Assembly: GCA_963721455.1 (NCBI GenBank)
Contig: CAVRJG010000038.1
Span: 64,001 to 128,000, forward strand
Origin: an uncultured Methanosarcinaceae archaeon
Lineage (GTDB): Archaea > Halobacteriota > Methanosarcinia > Methanosarcinales > Methanosarcinaceae
DNA length: 64,000 nucleotides
Direction of reading: 5' to 3'
The position numbers were made by a program, and so were the translations under genes. The notes below the pieces were generated by a model, which saw only the letters and a list, made by a program, of their open reading frames with translations, had not been told where the DNA came from and did not search any database. This document shows positions 42,371 to 54,820 of this stretch, piece by piece. The stretch's first letter is position 1. The number at the start of each line of letters is the position of its first letter.

Positions 42371-42574
42371 GAATTGCGCCTCGCCCGAGTTTCGCTTCGG
42401 GAGCACGAGGTCCGTTTCACTCGCTCTGCTCGCTCAAGCGGACTAATTTACAAAATTACAGTTTTTCAGTTTTTTCCGTGGTTTTATATTATCGAGTAAG
42501 TTTTTCGTACTGTCGGTATTTTCTATGGTTAGAAAATCTGGGTTTAGTTGAGTACATATATTTACGTTAGAAAC
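42371..42574. repeat. Dispersed REP-like hairpin repeat, copy 6 with tail
   Basis: gcccgagtttcgcttcgggagcacgaggtccgtttc...cgctcaagcggactaa...tatatttacgttagaaac. Confidence 0.85.
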
Positions 42575-42779
42575 ACGGTTTAAAGCCTTAAAGCCCAGGT
42601 GGATAATTGCAGTTTCGCAGCAGAAAAGATTCAAAGAACTAAAAAGGACCGGTTACTGCGGGAAAAAAGAGGAGAAGATTATCCCCTCGTTTGAAAGCTT
42701 AACTGTAGAAACAATAGGTACAGAAGGGATTCGCGTCTTCAGCTTTCAGTTGGAGTAAATTTTTCGTTTTGTTTTGCTT

Positions 42780-42983
42780 TTACTTCAGGGTTCTCCAAAT
42801 TGCAGCGATTTTCTCTATCTCTATATGGGTATAACCTTCTTCTTTTATGGTCCATTTAAGGCTGAGTACTCCATCATTGCACTCGGCGGCAACCCCTCTG
42901 TATGTGGTATTTCCTCCAATATCTATTTCGACTTCTTTACCCAGATAATACTTTTCAATGAACTCCTGCTTCATAATTTTCAA
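42780..42983 (-). CDS. Small conserved protein, Sm/LSm-like beta-barrel pattern (start perhaps 42974)
   Basis: LGKEVEIDIG...YRG...DGVLSL...THIEIEKIAAIW; SD ggagttga. Confidence 0.6.
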   Translation of the reverse strand: MKIMKQEFIEKYYLGKEVEIDIGGNTTYRGVAAECNDGVLSLKWTIKEEGYTHIEIEKIAAIWRTLK

Positions 42984-43301
42984 CTCCCAATCTTTACTTT
43001 TCCGGATAAAATCCGTATAGGCAATTAACAGAATATAGTTAGTTTCAGGAACTATATTATATTTAAAAAAACAAGGCTTCTGAACACAGTTTCTTTATCC
43101 GGGATTTAAAGGATGCCAGCTGTTAAAGTTTACTTTAAAGCTGGCTCGAATATTCAGAAAATCGGCTCGAACAAAGGTTCATAACCCTGAATCTCCCCCT
43201 TTTATCTTCCCCTTTTTAGCTCAGAAATTTGGCTCACAGCCCTTAATCCTCCCTTTTTAGCTCAGAAATTTGATTCAAAGCCCTTATCTTCTCTTTTTAT
43301 C

Positions 43302-44390
43302 TCAAAAACCTGGTTCAGGTTCATTAAACCCGGTTTCAGGCTCCTGGATAGGAGTATCAAAAAAGGGAATATCTGAATCTGCAAACCAGGCCTCAAGGAA
43401 ACTCAACAGGTGGTACCTCAGGAAAACGGCAAGGGGCACATTCAGGAAGAACAGGGTTCCTAGAATCAAAGCCAGCTCTATAAGGACAAAGGGGATCAGG
43501 AGTATCCAGCTAAGGGGGTCCGACAGCAGGAAAGAAAAGAGGAGGTACAGAACCCCGTCAACAACAAGGAAAGCAAGCCCTAAAACCAGCACAATTATCC
43601 CTAAAAGAAAAACCGCAAGGATAGCTATTCCTATCCCGAGCACTAACCTGGTAAACCAGTAGACCACAACTTCCTGCCAGCTTTTTCTAAAATTCTCAAA
43701 AACAAGCCCGAAAGCCGAAAGAATCCCGGTTTTCCGGTAAATGGATAGAGGGATTGCAAGACTTAAAAGGGAATTTATTGCAGCTCCGAGCAGGACCAGC
43801 ACAATGATTACACCAGCAATCCAGAAAAGCCCTCCAACCATAGCAGGCCAGGCAAAATCCGAGGGCCTTTCGAGGATTCCCGGGACAAGAGGCAGTGCAG
43901 CTATTCCGAAGAGAGCGAGAAATACCAGCCCCAGGGCTAAACGCACCAGCAGCAGGTAAAATCCCTTTTCCAGGAACCTTTGTGAATAATTCCAGAATTT
44001 TACTTCGTTCCTTACCAGAGATTCCACAAAAACAAATTCCATAACACTGGAAATATATGAAAAAATCAAAGCTAAGAGAAGAATGAGAACTATTACTGCG
44101 ATTATAATTACCGTGGATGATTCAGACTGAATATAACTGAGGCCAGTCTCATCCGTGCCAAAGGGAAATACAGGCATCCTGCCAGGTTCGATATTCGGAA
44201 AATTGTTTCCTAAATCTTCGGAGCCCGTCCGATAGTTGGTACCCGAACCTCCGTAACTCGAGCCAATGCCGCCTAAGAGTAAAATAATAATTGCGAGTTT
44301 TGCCCATTTCCAGAAATCAAAAGGCTCAAAAAGGGCTTTTCTTGTCCTTGAAAATGCTCTGTCTACCGCATCTATCCCATACCAGCTCAT
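43302..44390 (-). CDS. Conserved archaeal polytopic membrane protein
   Basis: MSWYGIDAVDRAFSRT..WAKLA..; multiple TM segments. Confidence 0.8.
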   Translation of the reverse strand: MSWYGIDAVDRAFSRTRKALFEPFDFWKWAKLAIIILLLGGIGSSYGGSGTNYRTGSEDLGNNFPNIEPGRMPVFPFGTDETGLSYIQSESSTVIIIAVIVLILLLALIFSYISSVMEFVFVESLVRNEVKFWNYSQRFLEKGFYLLLVRLALGLVFLALFGIAALPLVPGILERPSDFAWPAMVGGLFWIAGVIIVLVLLGAAINSLLSLAIPLSIYRKTGILSAFGLVFENFRKSWQEVVVYWFTRLVLGIGIAILAVFLLGIIVLVLGLAFLVVDGVLYLLFSFLLSDPLSWILLIPFVLIELALILGTLFFLNVPLAVFLRYHLLSFLEAWFADSDIPFFDTPIQEPETGFNEPEPGF

Positions 44391-44583
44391 AACATAGAAT
44401 TTTACTCAGATGATAAATAATTATCTTGAGAGTTAGATTTGAGATTTCTCAAATAGTTTCTCAGACAAGCTTTGAGCTGCCCGAACATAAGAACTATAGA
44501 GATTATCGCATTACCGTAGTCTCCCCTGTTACCTTTCCGCTTGCAACGACTGCCAGGAGCCAGTCTTAAGCCGTCATATTACC

Positions 44584-45483
44584 TTAACCGCGGCTGCGAG
44601 GCTGGGACAGCGCTTCAAAGCCTGCGACTACTTCAAACAGTTCCTCGTCGATGCCGCTCTGGCGCAAACGGTAAAATGATCCTCTGAGATCTTCCAGCAA
44701 TTCATCGATGTTTTTGTCGGCTCGTTGCATCGCTGCCAGCCGACTCGCATTTTCACTCGCAAGGGATTCGGCGCACGCCCGAAAGAGCGAGACAAAAAGG
44801 TATTCGCTGATTAGCGCCCGCAGGGTCTCGGCGCTGTCGCCTATTACCTCGGAAAAGTTCCCGTTCGGCCAGGGAAGTTCAGCCAGTCCCTGTCGCCAGA
44901 TTTCGTCCAGTGGCAGTAGCCGCTGACTGACTGGCTCATACATAGCCCCGTGTTTGGGGCGATTGTAGAAGAGATAGAGTTCGGCAGCTTCCTCCTGGCT
45001 GTTGAGCTTTTCGCTCTCCACGAGAATCTGCCCTATGAGCGGGGTGATGGCCTTGACCGAATTCGGCACATTAAAGAGCCCTACCACTGGCAGGTCCGCG
45101 TCCACCAGGCGAGCATGAACGCGCTCACCGACTGCCCGGACCTGAGTTTTTCCCGGCAGAGCCGCCAGCGCCCTGACCGCATAATCGGCTACAATCTCAT
45201 TAAACTGGCCCACCAGTCCCTGGTCTGAACCGAATACGACCGCACTAATGACACCGGAGTCCGTTCGCCCTTTCCGTTCTGCAGGAACGGCTACCGGCTC
45301 GCTTTCCCGAAAACAGACACCAAGCCCCAGTTCCACGGTGCGATAGTAGTCAGCCAGCGCACTCACCGATTTCTCGTATTGCACGATACTGGAGGCTGCA
45401 AGCGCTTTCATCGTGCGGACGACGGCTTGGAGCTCTCCTGCTCTGCTGATCTTCCTGCGCAGACTCTCTGTCGTGTCACTCAT
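44584..45483 (-). CDS. atpG: N-type F1Fo ATPase gamma subunit
   Basis: [44 protein letters not shown]. Confidence 0.95.
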   Translation of the reverse strand: MSDTTESLRRKISRAGELQAVVRTMKALAASSIVQYEKSVSALADYYRTVELGLGVCFRESEPVAVPAERKGRTDSGVISAVVFGSDQGLVGQFNEIVADYAVRALAALPGKTQVRAVGERVHARLVDADLPVVGLFNVPNSVKAITPLIGQILVESEKLNSQEEAAELYLFYNRPKHGAMYEPVSQRLLPLDEIWRQGLAELPWPNGNFSEVIGDSAETLRALISEYLFVSLFRACAESLASENASRLAAMQRADKNIDELLEDLRGSFYRLRQSGIDEELFEVVAGFEALSQPRSRG

Positions 45484-47081
45484 GATTTTCCCTTGAGTTC
45501 CGACTCTGGTTTTACCTCATTTTTGGCTTCCTGCTCAGACTCAGGTTCAGGCCTGGACTGGAAGCGTGCGAGCGCTTTGAGGGCGATCTGGAGAATAGTT
45601 TCGCGATCCTTGTCGCTCAATTCTGCATCCGTATCGAACCGTTCTCGCACCTCCGCAGGGATGTCCTCTGCAGCCTCGCGCAGGGAATGTTCAGCATCCG
45701 TCATCCGTTCAAGCGGCACGCGGTCGAAGAGTTTTGCTGTCAATGCAAGCAGGATGATGATTTGTTCGGGCACGGACACCGGAGCAGATTCCGGTTGCTT
45801 GAGGAGGGCGCGGATTCGCCGCCCATGCTCGATAATCTTCTGGGTATTTTCGTCCAGCCTGGCACCGAAACGGGTAAAGGTTTCCAGTTCCTCGAACTGT
45901 GAGTAGGCGAGCTTGAGATCGCCCGCCACATTGCGGTAGACCTCACGCTGCGCTTTGCCGCCTACGCGTGAAACGGATTTGCCGACATCGACCGCAGGCA
46001 GCACACCCAGTTCGAACAGCGATGGCGAGAGGTAGATCTGCCCGTCCGTGATGGAAATGAGATTGGTCGGAATATAGGCAGAAATGTTCTGCGCTTCGGT
46101 TTCGACGATAGGTAGGGCTGTAAGAGAACCGCCTCCAAGTTCTTTGCGCAGGTGCGTAGCACGTTCCAGCAGCCGCGAGTGGATATAAAAAATATCGCCG
46201 GGATAGGCTTCACGACCTGGAGGACGGCGCAGCAAGAGAGAGAGTTCACGGTAGGCGCGAGCATGCTGGATGAGGTCGTCGTAAACGATCAGCACATCAC
46301 GGCCCTCTTCCATGAAATACTCCGCAATGCTGGTCGCGGCGTACGGAGCTACATAGGCGAGGCCGGATGGATCGTTGCCCTCGGTCACGACGACGACAGT
46401 GTAATCCATCGCACCCTTTTCACGCAGAGTTGCCACGACCCTGGCAACGGCTGAAGCGCGCTGGCCTATGGCACAATAAACGCACAGCACATTATAGTCG
46501 CGCTGGTTGAGGATGGTGTCGATCGCAATGGTGGTCTTGCCAGTCTGACGGTCACCCAGAATCAATTCGCGCTGGCCGCGACCGATAGGAATGAGCGTAT
46601 CGATGACTTTAAGGCCGGTCTGGAGAGGCACAGTGACTGGAGAGCGGTCCATAATGGGCGGGCTGGGGCGTTCAATGGGCAAGCGCTTGCTGGAGATTAC
46701 CGGTCCTTTACCATCCAGAGGCCGGCCGAGAGGGTCGATGACGCGCCCAAGCAATCGATCGCCTACGGCAACATCCATAACTCGGCCAGTGCGCTCGACT
46801 TCATCGCCCGCGTGCAGATGCCAGTATTCGCCGAGCAGAACGACGCCGATTTCGTTCTCGTCTACATTGAACGCAATTCCGAAAACCTCTCCCGGAAACT
46901 TTACCAGCTCCTCGAAGCCTACACCAGGAAGGCCTGAGACATTGGCGATACCTGTGGACACTGCCTTGATTGCGCCCACCTCCCGCGGACTAAGCTGAGG
47001 CGTGAAAGTTTCCCGCACCTTACTTATTCCGGCGAACGTGCTGTCGAAGACCCTCTGCAGACTTTCAGGTTCCATGTTCAC
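45480..47081 (-). CDS. atpA: N-type F1Fo ATPase alpha subunit
   Basis: [27 protein letters not shown]; ATGA overlap with atpG. Confidence 0.97.
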   Translation of the reverse strand: MNMEPESLQRVFDSTFAGISKVRETFTPQLSPREVGAIKAVSTGIANVSGLPGVGFEELVKFPGEVFGIAFNVDENEIGVVLLGEYWHLHAGDEVERTGRVMDVAVGDRLLGRVIDPLGRPLDGKGPVISSKRLPIERPSPPIMDRSPVTVPLQTGLKVIDTLIPIGRGQRELILGDRQTGKTTIAIDTILNQRDYNVLCVYCAIGQRASAVARVVATLREKGAMDYTVVVVTEGNDPSGLAYVAPYAATSIAEYFMEEGRDVLIVYDDLIQHARAYRELSLLLRRPPGREAYPGDIFYIHSRLLERATHLRKELGGGSLTALPIVETEAQNISAYIPTNLISITDGQIYLSPSLFELGVLPAVDVGKSVSRVGGKAQREVYRNVAGDLKLAYSQFEELETFTRFGARLDENTQKIIEHGRRIRALLKQPESAPVSVPEQIIILLALTAKLFDRVPLERMTDAEHSLREAAEDIPAEVRERFDTDAELSDKDRETILQIALKALARFQSRPEPESEQEAKNEVKPESELKGKS

Positions 47082-47952
47082 TGGCTCTTTGTTGGGGCTT
47101 AGACCCTGGTTTCATCTCTTTCTCAGACTCTGGCTCAGGTTTTGACCCTGGCTCATCGGGTCCGGGCTCAGGCCTGGTCCTGGTTTCAGGCTTGGACTGT
47201 TCTTTTAGAAGCTCGTCTACACCCTTTTCCAGCGATTCGAGGTAATCTTCAATGCTCCATGCCACTTTTTGTCCATTCACAGTGAGTTCGATACCGCTAA
47301 TAAGATCTGGAGCTGTCTCAAACCTGATTTGAGCCTCCGTGCCAAGGGTTTCCTTGACTGCCCCTTCAATTGAGTCACGCTGTGCGGGTGGAAGATCAAA
47401 AGTAGTGCGAACAAGAATCTGGCCGGGAAACGAATTAAATTCCGAGACCAACTGCCCTTTTTCCGTATCGTTTAGCTCGCGCAGTCTCCGAACAAACACA
47501 TCAACCATACGCTCTTCAAGACTCGCTCCAGCTAGATCTGCCAGCGCCTTTCGTGCAATGGCGAAAACTTCCTGCCGGGCCCGGCGGCTGATTTCCTGAT
47601 TTAAGTTACGTTTGTCATTTCTCAACGTTTCCTGAAGCTTTGAATTCAAGTCGGCTGCGGCCTTCCTTACTTCATCCATAAGCCGCTGACGTTCGGCTTT
47701 CGCTTCATCCCTTGCCTTGCTCAGGAGCGCAGAACGTTGCTTGTCGAATTCCTCATTCTTACGCTTGAATTCATCTTGCTCTTTTTGGGCATCTGCCTTT
47801 TTCGCGTCTGCGTTCGCGAGTTCATCTGCGATCCGCTTCTCCCGCGCGTCGATGGCGTTGAGGATGGGCTTGTAAAGAAAGTGCTGCAGCAACCACACCA
47901 GGATTAGGAAATTAAGCACCTGTGCAATGACGGTGAACCAATCGATCAGCAT
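47065..47952 (-). CDS. atpF: N-type ATPase b subunit (extended, delta-like C-terminus)
   Basis: [33 protein letters not shown]; coiled coil; DLISGIEL. Confidence 0.92.
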   Translation of the reverse strand: MLIDWFTVIAQVLNFLILVWLLQHFLYKPILNAIDAREKRIADELANADAKKADAQKEQDEFKRKNEEFDKQRSALLSKARDEAKAERQRLMDEVRKAAADLNSKLQETLRNDKRNLNQEISRRARQEVFAIARKALADLAGASLEERMVDVFVRRLRELNDTEKGQLVSEFNSFPGQILVRTTFDLPPAQRDSIEGAVKETLGTEAQIRFETAPDLISGIELTVNGQKVAWSIEDYLESLEKGVDELLKEQSKPETRTRPEPGPDEPGSKPEPESEKEMKPGSKPQQRASEHGT

Positions 47953-47970
47953 AGGCTTACTTTCCTGCGG

Positions 47971-48240
47971 TTAGGCAATTGCGTGGTTCCAGAACGGGTT
48001 GGCGAAGATCAGGATCATCGAGACCACGAAACAATAGATTGCCAGGGACTCGATCATCGCCAGTCCCACGAACAGAGTCCGGGTAATCGTGGCAGAAGCG
48101 TCAGGTTGCTGTGCCAGTGAACTCAGTGCAATCGCTACCGACCGCCCTTCGCTCAGGGCTGGTCCGATGACCCCGATGCTAATTGTGATGCCGGAGGTGA
48201 CAATCGATGCCACCGCGATGGTAGTCGTATAAGTATCCAT
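47971..48240 (-). CDS. atpE: N-type ATPase c subunit (start at ATG 48240)
   Basis: SD AAGGAG; GPALSEGR, AQQPD loop, MIESLAIY. Confidence 0.95.
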   Translation of the reverse strand: MDTYTTTIAVASIVTSGITISIGVIGPALSEGRSVAIALSSLAQQPDASATITRTLFVGLAMIESLAIYCFVVSMILIFANPFWNHAIA

Positions 48241-48271
48241 AGCGTCTCCTTTTGTTGTTAGCGTTATTGTT

Positions 48272-48967
48272 TCAATCCTTATGCTCCGGTTCAGGTCTGG
48301 ACCTGTGGGTGCGTGTGGCGGCAGCAATGTAAACTGTGGCCAGGATGCTGAAGATGTATGCCTGCACCATGCCAGTGAGCAGACCGAGAGCGGTCATAAT
48401 AATCGGGAAAATTAGTGGTGTGATAGTCAGCAGAATGGCGATAATCATAGCCTCGCTCATCATGTTACCGAACAGGCGAATCGCCAGAGCAAGCGTGCGG
48501 GAGATTTCGCTGATGATATTAAACGGCAGCATTATCAATGTCGGCTCCGTGTATGATTTGAGGTAGTCGCCTAAGCCTTGCTTCTCTACGCCGAATATGG
48601 GCACTGCGACAAATACACATAACGCGAGCGCTGCAGTTGTTGAGAGCGATCCGGTCGGCGGTTCATAACCTGGAATGATGGTAAAGAGAGTTGCCGTGGC
48701 AATAAAAAGAAAGAGTGTGCCCAGAAAACCGATATACTTCCGCGGTTCACTCAGGCCCACCTCTTCAATCTGATACAGAATGCCCGTGACGATAATTTCC
48801 AGAAGGTTCTGCCAGCGTGAACGTTCAAGACCTGTGGAAAGTTTGCGCGTAACAATTTTTGAGCTGACTGAAAGCACGAGCATCAGTGCCCAGGTAAACA
48901 CAATAGTGGCGTTGAGCTTGATCAAACCGTACTGCCAAAAAACCAGCTCGTCAGGACTAAGTCGCAT
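48272..48967 (-). CDS. atpB: N-type ATPase a subunit
   Basis: PPTGSLST, SRTLALAIRLFGNM, QAYIF. Confidence 0.95.
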   Translation of the reverse strand: MRLSPDELVFWQYGLIKLNATIVFTWALMLVLSVSSKIVTRKLSTGLERSRWQNLLEIIVTGILYQIEEVGLSEPRKYIGFLGTLFLFIATATLFTIIPGYEPPTGSLSTTAALALCVFVAVPIFGVEKQGLGDYLKSYTEPTLIMLPFNIISEISRTLALAIRLFGNMMSEAMIIAILLTITPLIFPIIMTALGLLTGMVQAYIFSILATVYIAAATRTHRSRPEPEHKD

Positions 48968-49271
48968 GATTTGCCTCCTTTGTCATTTGATTCGGTTCTT
49001 CCTCAGGCTGTCGGGTGAGCCGCGTCACAATACGGCGTGCAACGATAAATCCAAGAAGACATATGAGCAGCCTCTCCCAATGGTTGCCCGAGGCAAAATA
49101 AAATCCGACCATGACGGTGCTTGTCCTCAATAGCAGGCTGCCGAGGAACCAGAGTGCAGGTTGTCTGGATGAAAGCCCCTTCTGAATCGTCCACCAAAGG
49201 CCGCCGAAGAAAATCACTCCAAGCAAAAAGCCTCCTGCCAGAGCCGGGATGAGACTCAAAGTTTCATTCAT
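48957..49271 (-). CDS. atpR: N-ATPase AtpR subunit
   Basis: FFGGLWWT, SLLLR, GFIVARR; position in the atpDCQRBEFAG order. Confidence 0.85.
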   Translation of the reverse strand: MNETLSLIPALAGGFLLGVIFFGGLWWTIQKGLSSRQPALWFLGSLLLRTSTVMVGFYFASGNHWERLLICLLGFIVARRIVTRLTRQPEEEPNQMTKEANHAT

Positions 49272-49594
49272 CGTTATCCTCCTGTTCCTCTTTTATCTCC
49301 TGGTGTTCTTTGGCCACCCAATGCCACGCAGTCAAACAGCCGATGAACAGACCGATTATCAGCATCATGAGCGTCCAGGAATATCTTCCGGGATAGTGCT
49401 CGTCCAGCCAGAGGCCAAGTACCGCGCCTAGAAGCGTTGGAATCACCACCGACCAGCCAATAATCCCCATCATGCCTAAGCCAAACCAGACGCTCCGCTT
49501 GACATTACGTTGTGCTTTGAGTTTACGAGCTGCCTTGGCACCAACCTGGCCGGCCAGGGCCGGCTCGTTCCTCTGGATATTCTCTTTCTGCTCG

Positions 49595-49602
<8 letters not shown>
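49264..49602 (-). CDS. atpQ: N-ATPase AtpQ (AtpZ/AtpI-like) subunit
   Basis: GLGMMGIIGWSVVIPTLLG..LGLWLD..SWTL. Confidence 0.85.
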
Positions 49603-51413
<1,811 letters not shown>

Positions 51414-51890
51414 TCATTAACAGCTCCAGTCATGTTTCATCGTACCCTTTCGCTTTTGAAGTACCCTTTCCTGTGGGGCATAACTCGTAAGAATTGAAGG
51501 GTATAATGAGAATTAACATTCAATTTAGTGCCACAAAAATCACAGTGGACAGGAAATGCTAAAGAGAACATAGAATGGTATCGGTTTTCAGGCAATACCT
51601 TCGGCAAGGTATTATATCGCCTTATAAGCCCTGGTTTTACCAGTGAATGTTTTTACCAGTGAGTTATTTATTGGTTTGTTCCCCTTTCCCATAAAGAGAT
51701 ATATCATTTCAATATATTAATTTGACTTGATATATTTCCTTTTCACGTCTACCGCAAATAGAATTTTAGAATTAAATATAATTCTAAAATTCTAAGACTA
51801 GAATAATAAGATCGGAAAGATTTGTAATACTGAAAACGATATAAGCAATGATTAAAATGAAAAAGCATAAATTGCAAGGTAAAAATTTTC

Positions 51891-52023
51891 CATTTGTATT
51901 CGGTTAAGATACGAAATGCCTAAAATGTGTTATTTCTTACGCGAATATCTATGAATTATGTTGGGAAATCACTATACGTGGTATTCGAAGTTGTGCATAA
52001 AATTCGTTAACCGATGACAAATG
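51891..52023. mobile_element. 133-bp MITE with ISH8-type ends
   Basis: TIRs catttgtattcggttaag / gttaaccgatgacaaatg; perfect 10-bp TSD aaaaattttc at 51881-51890 and 52024-52033. Confidence 0.9.
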
Positions 52024-52410
52024 AAAAATTTTCAAAATAGCATAAATTTGAGTGGAAATGGCTGCGATCCTGCAAAAATAAGTTAATCTGGCATTTCAAA
52101 TTAAGTTTATTCCGTCAATCTCATCTTCTTCAGGTATTCTTTCTCTTTCATAAATACTTCCCTGTGGGCATTGTAAGTATCCGTTAAGTTTTCTCTGTCT
52201 TTTGCATCGATTCATAAATCTTGAGAAATCAAAAACATCTTCAAAACCAGAGCCCCGGTTCCATATATGTTCTTTAATTGGCAAGGTTTAGGTTATTCCG
52301 GATTAAAACATGTGTTATGACGTGACAGATGACCTAAAAGAGGTGGGCTAAAAAAGAACATATTATTGAAGGTTTCACAGGATTAAGGGAACCACATCAA
52401 AAGAAATTAG

Positions 52411-52504
52411 CGGGCCCGCCGCGATTCGAACGCGAGTCAATGGGTATCTTCGTAATAATCTTACTTCGAAGCCCATTAGGATATCCTGGCTACCCTACGA
52501 GCCC
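52411..52504 (-). tRNA. tRNA-Arg(TCG) with 20-nt intron at 37/38 (52446-52465)
   Basis: ATGGG-CTTCGA|AGTAAGATTATTACGAAGAT|A-CCCAT; the CTTC/GAAG central helix gives a bulge-helix-bulge. Confidence 0.93.
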
Positions 52505-53169
52505 GTGGTGCAGCATTAGTGATAGGAGCTATCCATATTAAAGGTTTCTCTCAAAATTAAGGTAGCAGGAAATAGAAGCATGGAGAGAACAGGACAGGAA
52601 AAGGACAGTGATAAAGAAAGAGAACATCGGAGGCAGAAGAGATTAAAAGGGGCAGAAAAGAACAGAAGGGGACGAAAAAGGTAGATCAGGGTAAAAAAGG
52701 AGAGAAAAGAAAATATTTGAGGTTAAAAATCCGGATTGAGAAGCGATTTTCCTGAAAATTTCAGTACAAAAATTTCAGGTTAGGTTAGGATAGCAGAGCA
52801 GTAAATAAAAAAATATATTAAGTTGAACAGAGTAATAAATACCCACGATTGTAAAAAAAGTGAAACAGAGATTCCTTCATGAAACAGATGATCCTTCATA
52901 AAAGAGAAATGGATTGATTAAAGAATATGCAATGAATAAAGATTTCGCGATATCAGGGATTAATATTGAAATATTAAAGTTAATAGAGTTATACACATAC
53001 AAGCAAAATTACATAGGAAAAAATAGTTCTATTTTATTTTGTAAACTGCGTCTAAATATAAAAGTCAGCTGGAAAATGTCCTAACAATGCCAAGCTAATG
53101 ATTCTATATAACTTCATAGTGCGGGGAGCTATAAAGGTAAAATATAAAAATGAGTGAGGGTCTTTAAAA

Positions 53170-53892
53170 ATGAAAAGGGTTTCAACAGGCATAGAGGAGC
53201 TGGACAGGAAGCTGAGTGGGGGTTATCCTGCAAATAAAGTAACCCTTATAACAGGCGTAGCAGGGAGCGGAAAAACAATCTTCGGAATCCATTTCACTCA
53301 CAAAAACTGTCTTGAAGGCAGGAAATGCTTGATAATGGCAACTGAAGAAACCCCTGAAGATATCCTCTACCAGGCAAGCCTGCTAGGGCACGACCTTACA
53401 CCGTACTATGAGAGCGGACAGCTTATTATAGAAAATATATTTGAGAACCGCTCAGAAATAATAGGGAAGACCAGATACGGATTTAAGCCTGAAAGTTTGG
53501 ATATTGAAATCCCCAATCTTGTCGAATTAATACGTGAAGGGACTGAATGCCTTGTCATAGACAATATAGGCACTTTCGCTCTCAGAGTCTCTCTAAAAAG
53601 GCTGAGAGACCAGTTTGACGGGCTGAACTACCTGGTGAGGAAAAAGGGCTGTACTACTCTTTTAATTATGGACGATTCCGCATACAACATGACCCACCAG
53701 CTTGCTGAATATTCAGTCTATGGGTCTATCCGCCTGCTGGTAAAAGAAAATTCTTATCTTGGAAAAATGGAGCGTTACCTGAGCATACCCAAGATGCGCA
53801 GTACTCCTATTTCTCCTGAAATGTCTGTCTTTGAAATCACATCAAACGGGATCAAAATTCATGAGTCGGGAGGAGGAAGTCTTGGGGAGTGA
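53170..53892 (+). CDS. Single-domain KaiC/RAD55-like RecA-superfamily ATPase
   Basis: STGIEELD, GVAGSGKT, TEE, VIDN, IPKMRST, FEITSNGI. Confidence 0.9.
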   Translation: MKRVSTGIEELDRKLSGGYPANKVTLITGVAGSGKTIFGIHFTHKNCLEGRKCLIMATEETPEDILYQASLLGHDLTPYYESGQLIIENIFENRSEIIGKTRYGFKPESLDIEIPNLVELIREGTECLVIDNIGTFALRVSLKRLRDQFDGLNYLVRKKGCTTLLIMDDSAYNMTHQLAEYSVYGSIRLLVKENSYLGKMERYLSIPKMRSTPISPEMSVFEITSNGIKIHESGGGSLGE

Positions 53893-54733
53893 AACCAGAC
53901 CAAAAATCCTCATTGTCGACGACATGCCTGAGAACGTAGAGCTTATAGAAGCATATCTTTCGGTGGAGCCTTATGATACTATTACTGCATATAGCGGAAG
54001 AGAAGCTATCCTGAAATTAAAGGAAGAAAAACTCGACATGATCCTTCTGGACGTCATGATGCCTGAGGTCAGCGGCTATGAGGTCTGCAGAATTGTCAAG
54101 AATGATCCCGAAACCCAGTTCATTCCGGTTTTGATGCTTACTGCTCTTTCCGAAATTGAAGACCGGATAAAGGGAATCGAAGCCGGAGCTGATGACTTCC
54201 TTACAAAACCCATAAACAAGTTGGAGCTCAAGACCAGAGTAAAATCCCTGCTCAGGGTAAAGTGCATGCATGATCGGCTGGTGGCTGACCGCAACAGCCT
54301 TGAGATAAAAAACCGGGTACAGAATATCCTTACCGCAATCATTCCGACTCTGCTCCAGGTTATTTCCGATGAGGAAAAGAAGGTCATAATTAACCAGATG
54401 ACAGGCATGGTCGAAAAAACGCTTCTTGATAGTTACCATCTTGAGAACAGGGAAATGGACTTCGCTTACGCAGGGAATGTCTGTGCCGAAATAATGAACC
54501 AGTTAGGCGGAAGCTTCTCCTCTGCAATGGGTGAAAAAGAAAAATCCTGGATAATAAGGGGAACAAGGTGCCCCTGGAAAGGAGAAGAAGCCCGGAAAAA
54601 CCCTATTTTGTGTACTTTGACCAGGAAAATCTTCTCAAACATAACCTTGAAAGTGGACTCTGGCTTCAGCCTTGAGGCGCTGAAAACCATAGGGAACAGG
54701 AATGATTGCTGTGAATTCCTGATAAAAGCATAA
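53861..54733 (+). CDS. Response regulator: REC domain plus C-terminal V4R/MetOD1-like output domain (start 53861 or TTG 53882)
   Basis: ILIVDD, ILLDVMMP, MLTA, FLTKP; output domain CPW...ILC...TIG...CCEF. Confidence 0.85.
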   Translation: MSREEEVLGSETRPKILIVDDMPENVELIEAYLSVEPYDTITAYSGREAILKLKEEKLDMILLDVMMPEVSGYEVCRIVKNDPETQFIPVLMLTALSEIEDRIKGIEAGADDFLTKPINKLELKTRVKSLLRVKCMHDRLVADRNSLEIKNRVQNILTAIIPTLLQVISDEEKKVIINQMTGMVEKTLLDSYHLENREMDFAYAGNVCAEIMNQLGGSFSSAMGEKEKSWIIRGTRCPWKGEEARKNPILCTLTRKIFSNITLKVDSGFSLEALKTIGNRNDCCEFLIKA

Positions 54734-54820
54734 TGATATTTCGTCTTCACTTACATTCCAGAATTTGCCTTTTTTCATAAAGTATTCGGTTAAAGGTAAT
54801 GGCTAAAAACCCGAGGTTGG

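Noticed and set aside
52096-52284. 62-aa ORF between the MITE and tRNA-Arg
   Set aside because: No recognisable motif or SD; insufficient support
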